In this document: piece after piece, positions 36,107 through 36,155 of the stretch
Numbering within the stretch: the first letter of the stretch is position 1
How the letters are laid out: each line of letters begins with the position of its first letter
The notes under the pieces: generated by a model
What the model was told of the DNA's origin: nothing
What the model saw: only the letters and a program-made list of their open reading frames with translations
Databases searched by the model: none
Assembly: GCA_964416085.1 (NCBI GenBank)
Contig: CAYQCO010000003.1
Coordinates: 1 to 36,155 of the forward strand
Length of the DNA stretch: 36,155 nucleotides
Direction of reading: 5' to 3'
Source: an uncultured Lachnospiraceae bacterium
GTDB lineage: Bacteria > Bacillota > Clostridia > Christensenellales > UBA1242
Position numbers and translations under genes: made by a program

Positions 36107-36155
36107 ATGGAAACATTGAAAGCAGGGTGTTTTTTAGTAAACACGGAAACAAAAA
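36107..36155 (+). CDS. 5' end of a truncated CDS (METLKAGCFLVN..., possibly NUDIX-like)
   Basis: GAGG RBS and TTGACT-17-TATTCT upstream; only 16 codons visible. Confidence 0.5.
   Translation, partial: METLKAGCFLVNTETK

Overview
AT-rich chromosomal window from what appears to be an endospore-forming Clostridia-like Firmicute (inferred from sigE, sigG, spoIIGA, spoVG and a PdaB-like gene). From left to right: (1) 1-872, a tandem array of at least six minus-strand cassettes. Each has a near-consensus sigmaA promoter; the five complete ones continue into a short unique structured RNA and an intrinsic terminator, and the array runs off the left edge. (2) A type III toxin-antitoxin locus: three ~36-38 nt antitoxin repeats, a terminator and a ToxN/AbiQ-family RNase. 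(3) 1.8-12.7 kb, a compact podovirus-like head module (TerL, TerS-like, portal, scaffold, major capsid, adaptor/nozzle-like proteins, holin-like protein) plus an ArpU/RinA-like regulator. It has no recognisable integrase, replication, tail fibre or endolysin gene, carries host repeats in its spacers and abuts sporulation genes, so it is a candidate domesticated, GTA-like element. (4) ssb, pdaB-like, a divergently oriented sigG, spoIIGA-sigE and polA. (5) An acyltransferase/GT8 operon, membrane proteins, tRNA-Leu(CAA), a GNAT gene, asnA with a poly-Asn leader peptide, prfA-prmC-rpmE, spoVG, rarA, tRNA-Arg(CCT), an HD protein and an XRE regulator. Two families of GC-rich palindromic intergenic repeats are scattered throughout. 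All calls are from manual motif recognition; no database search or folding program was run.
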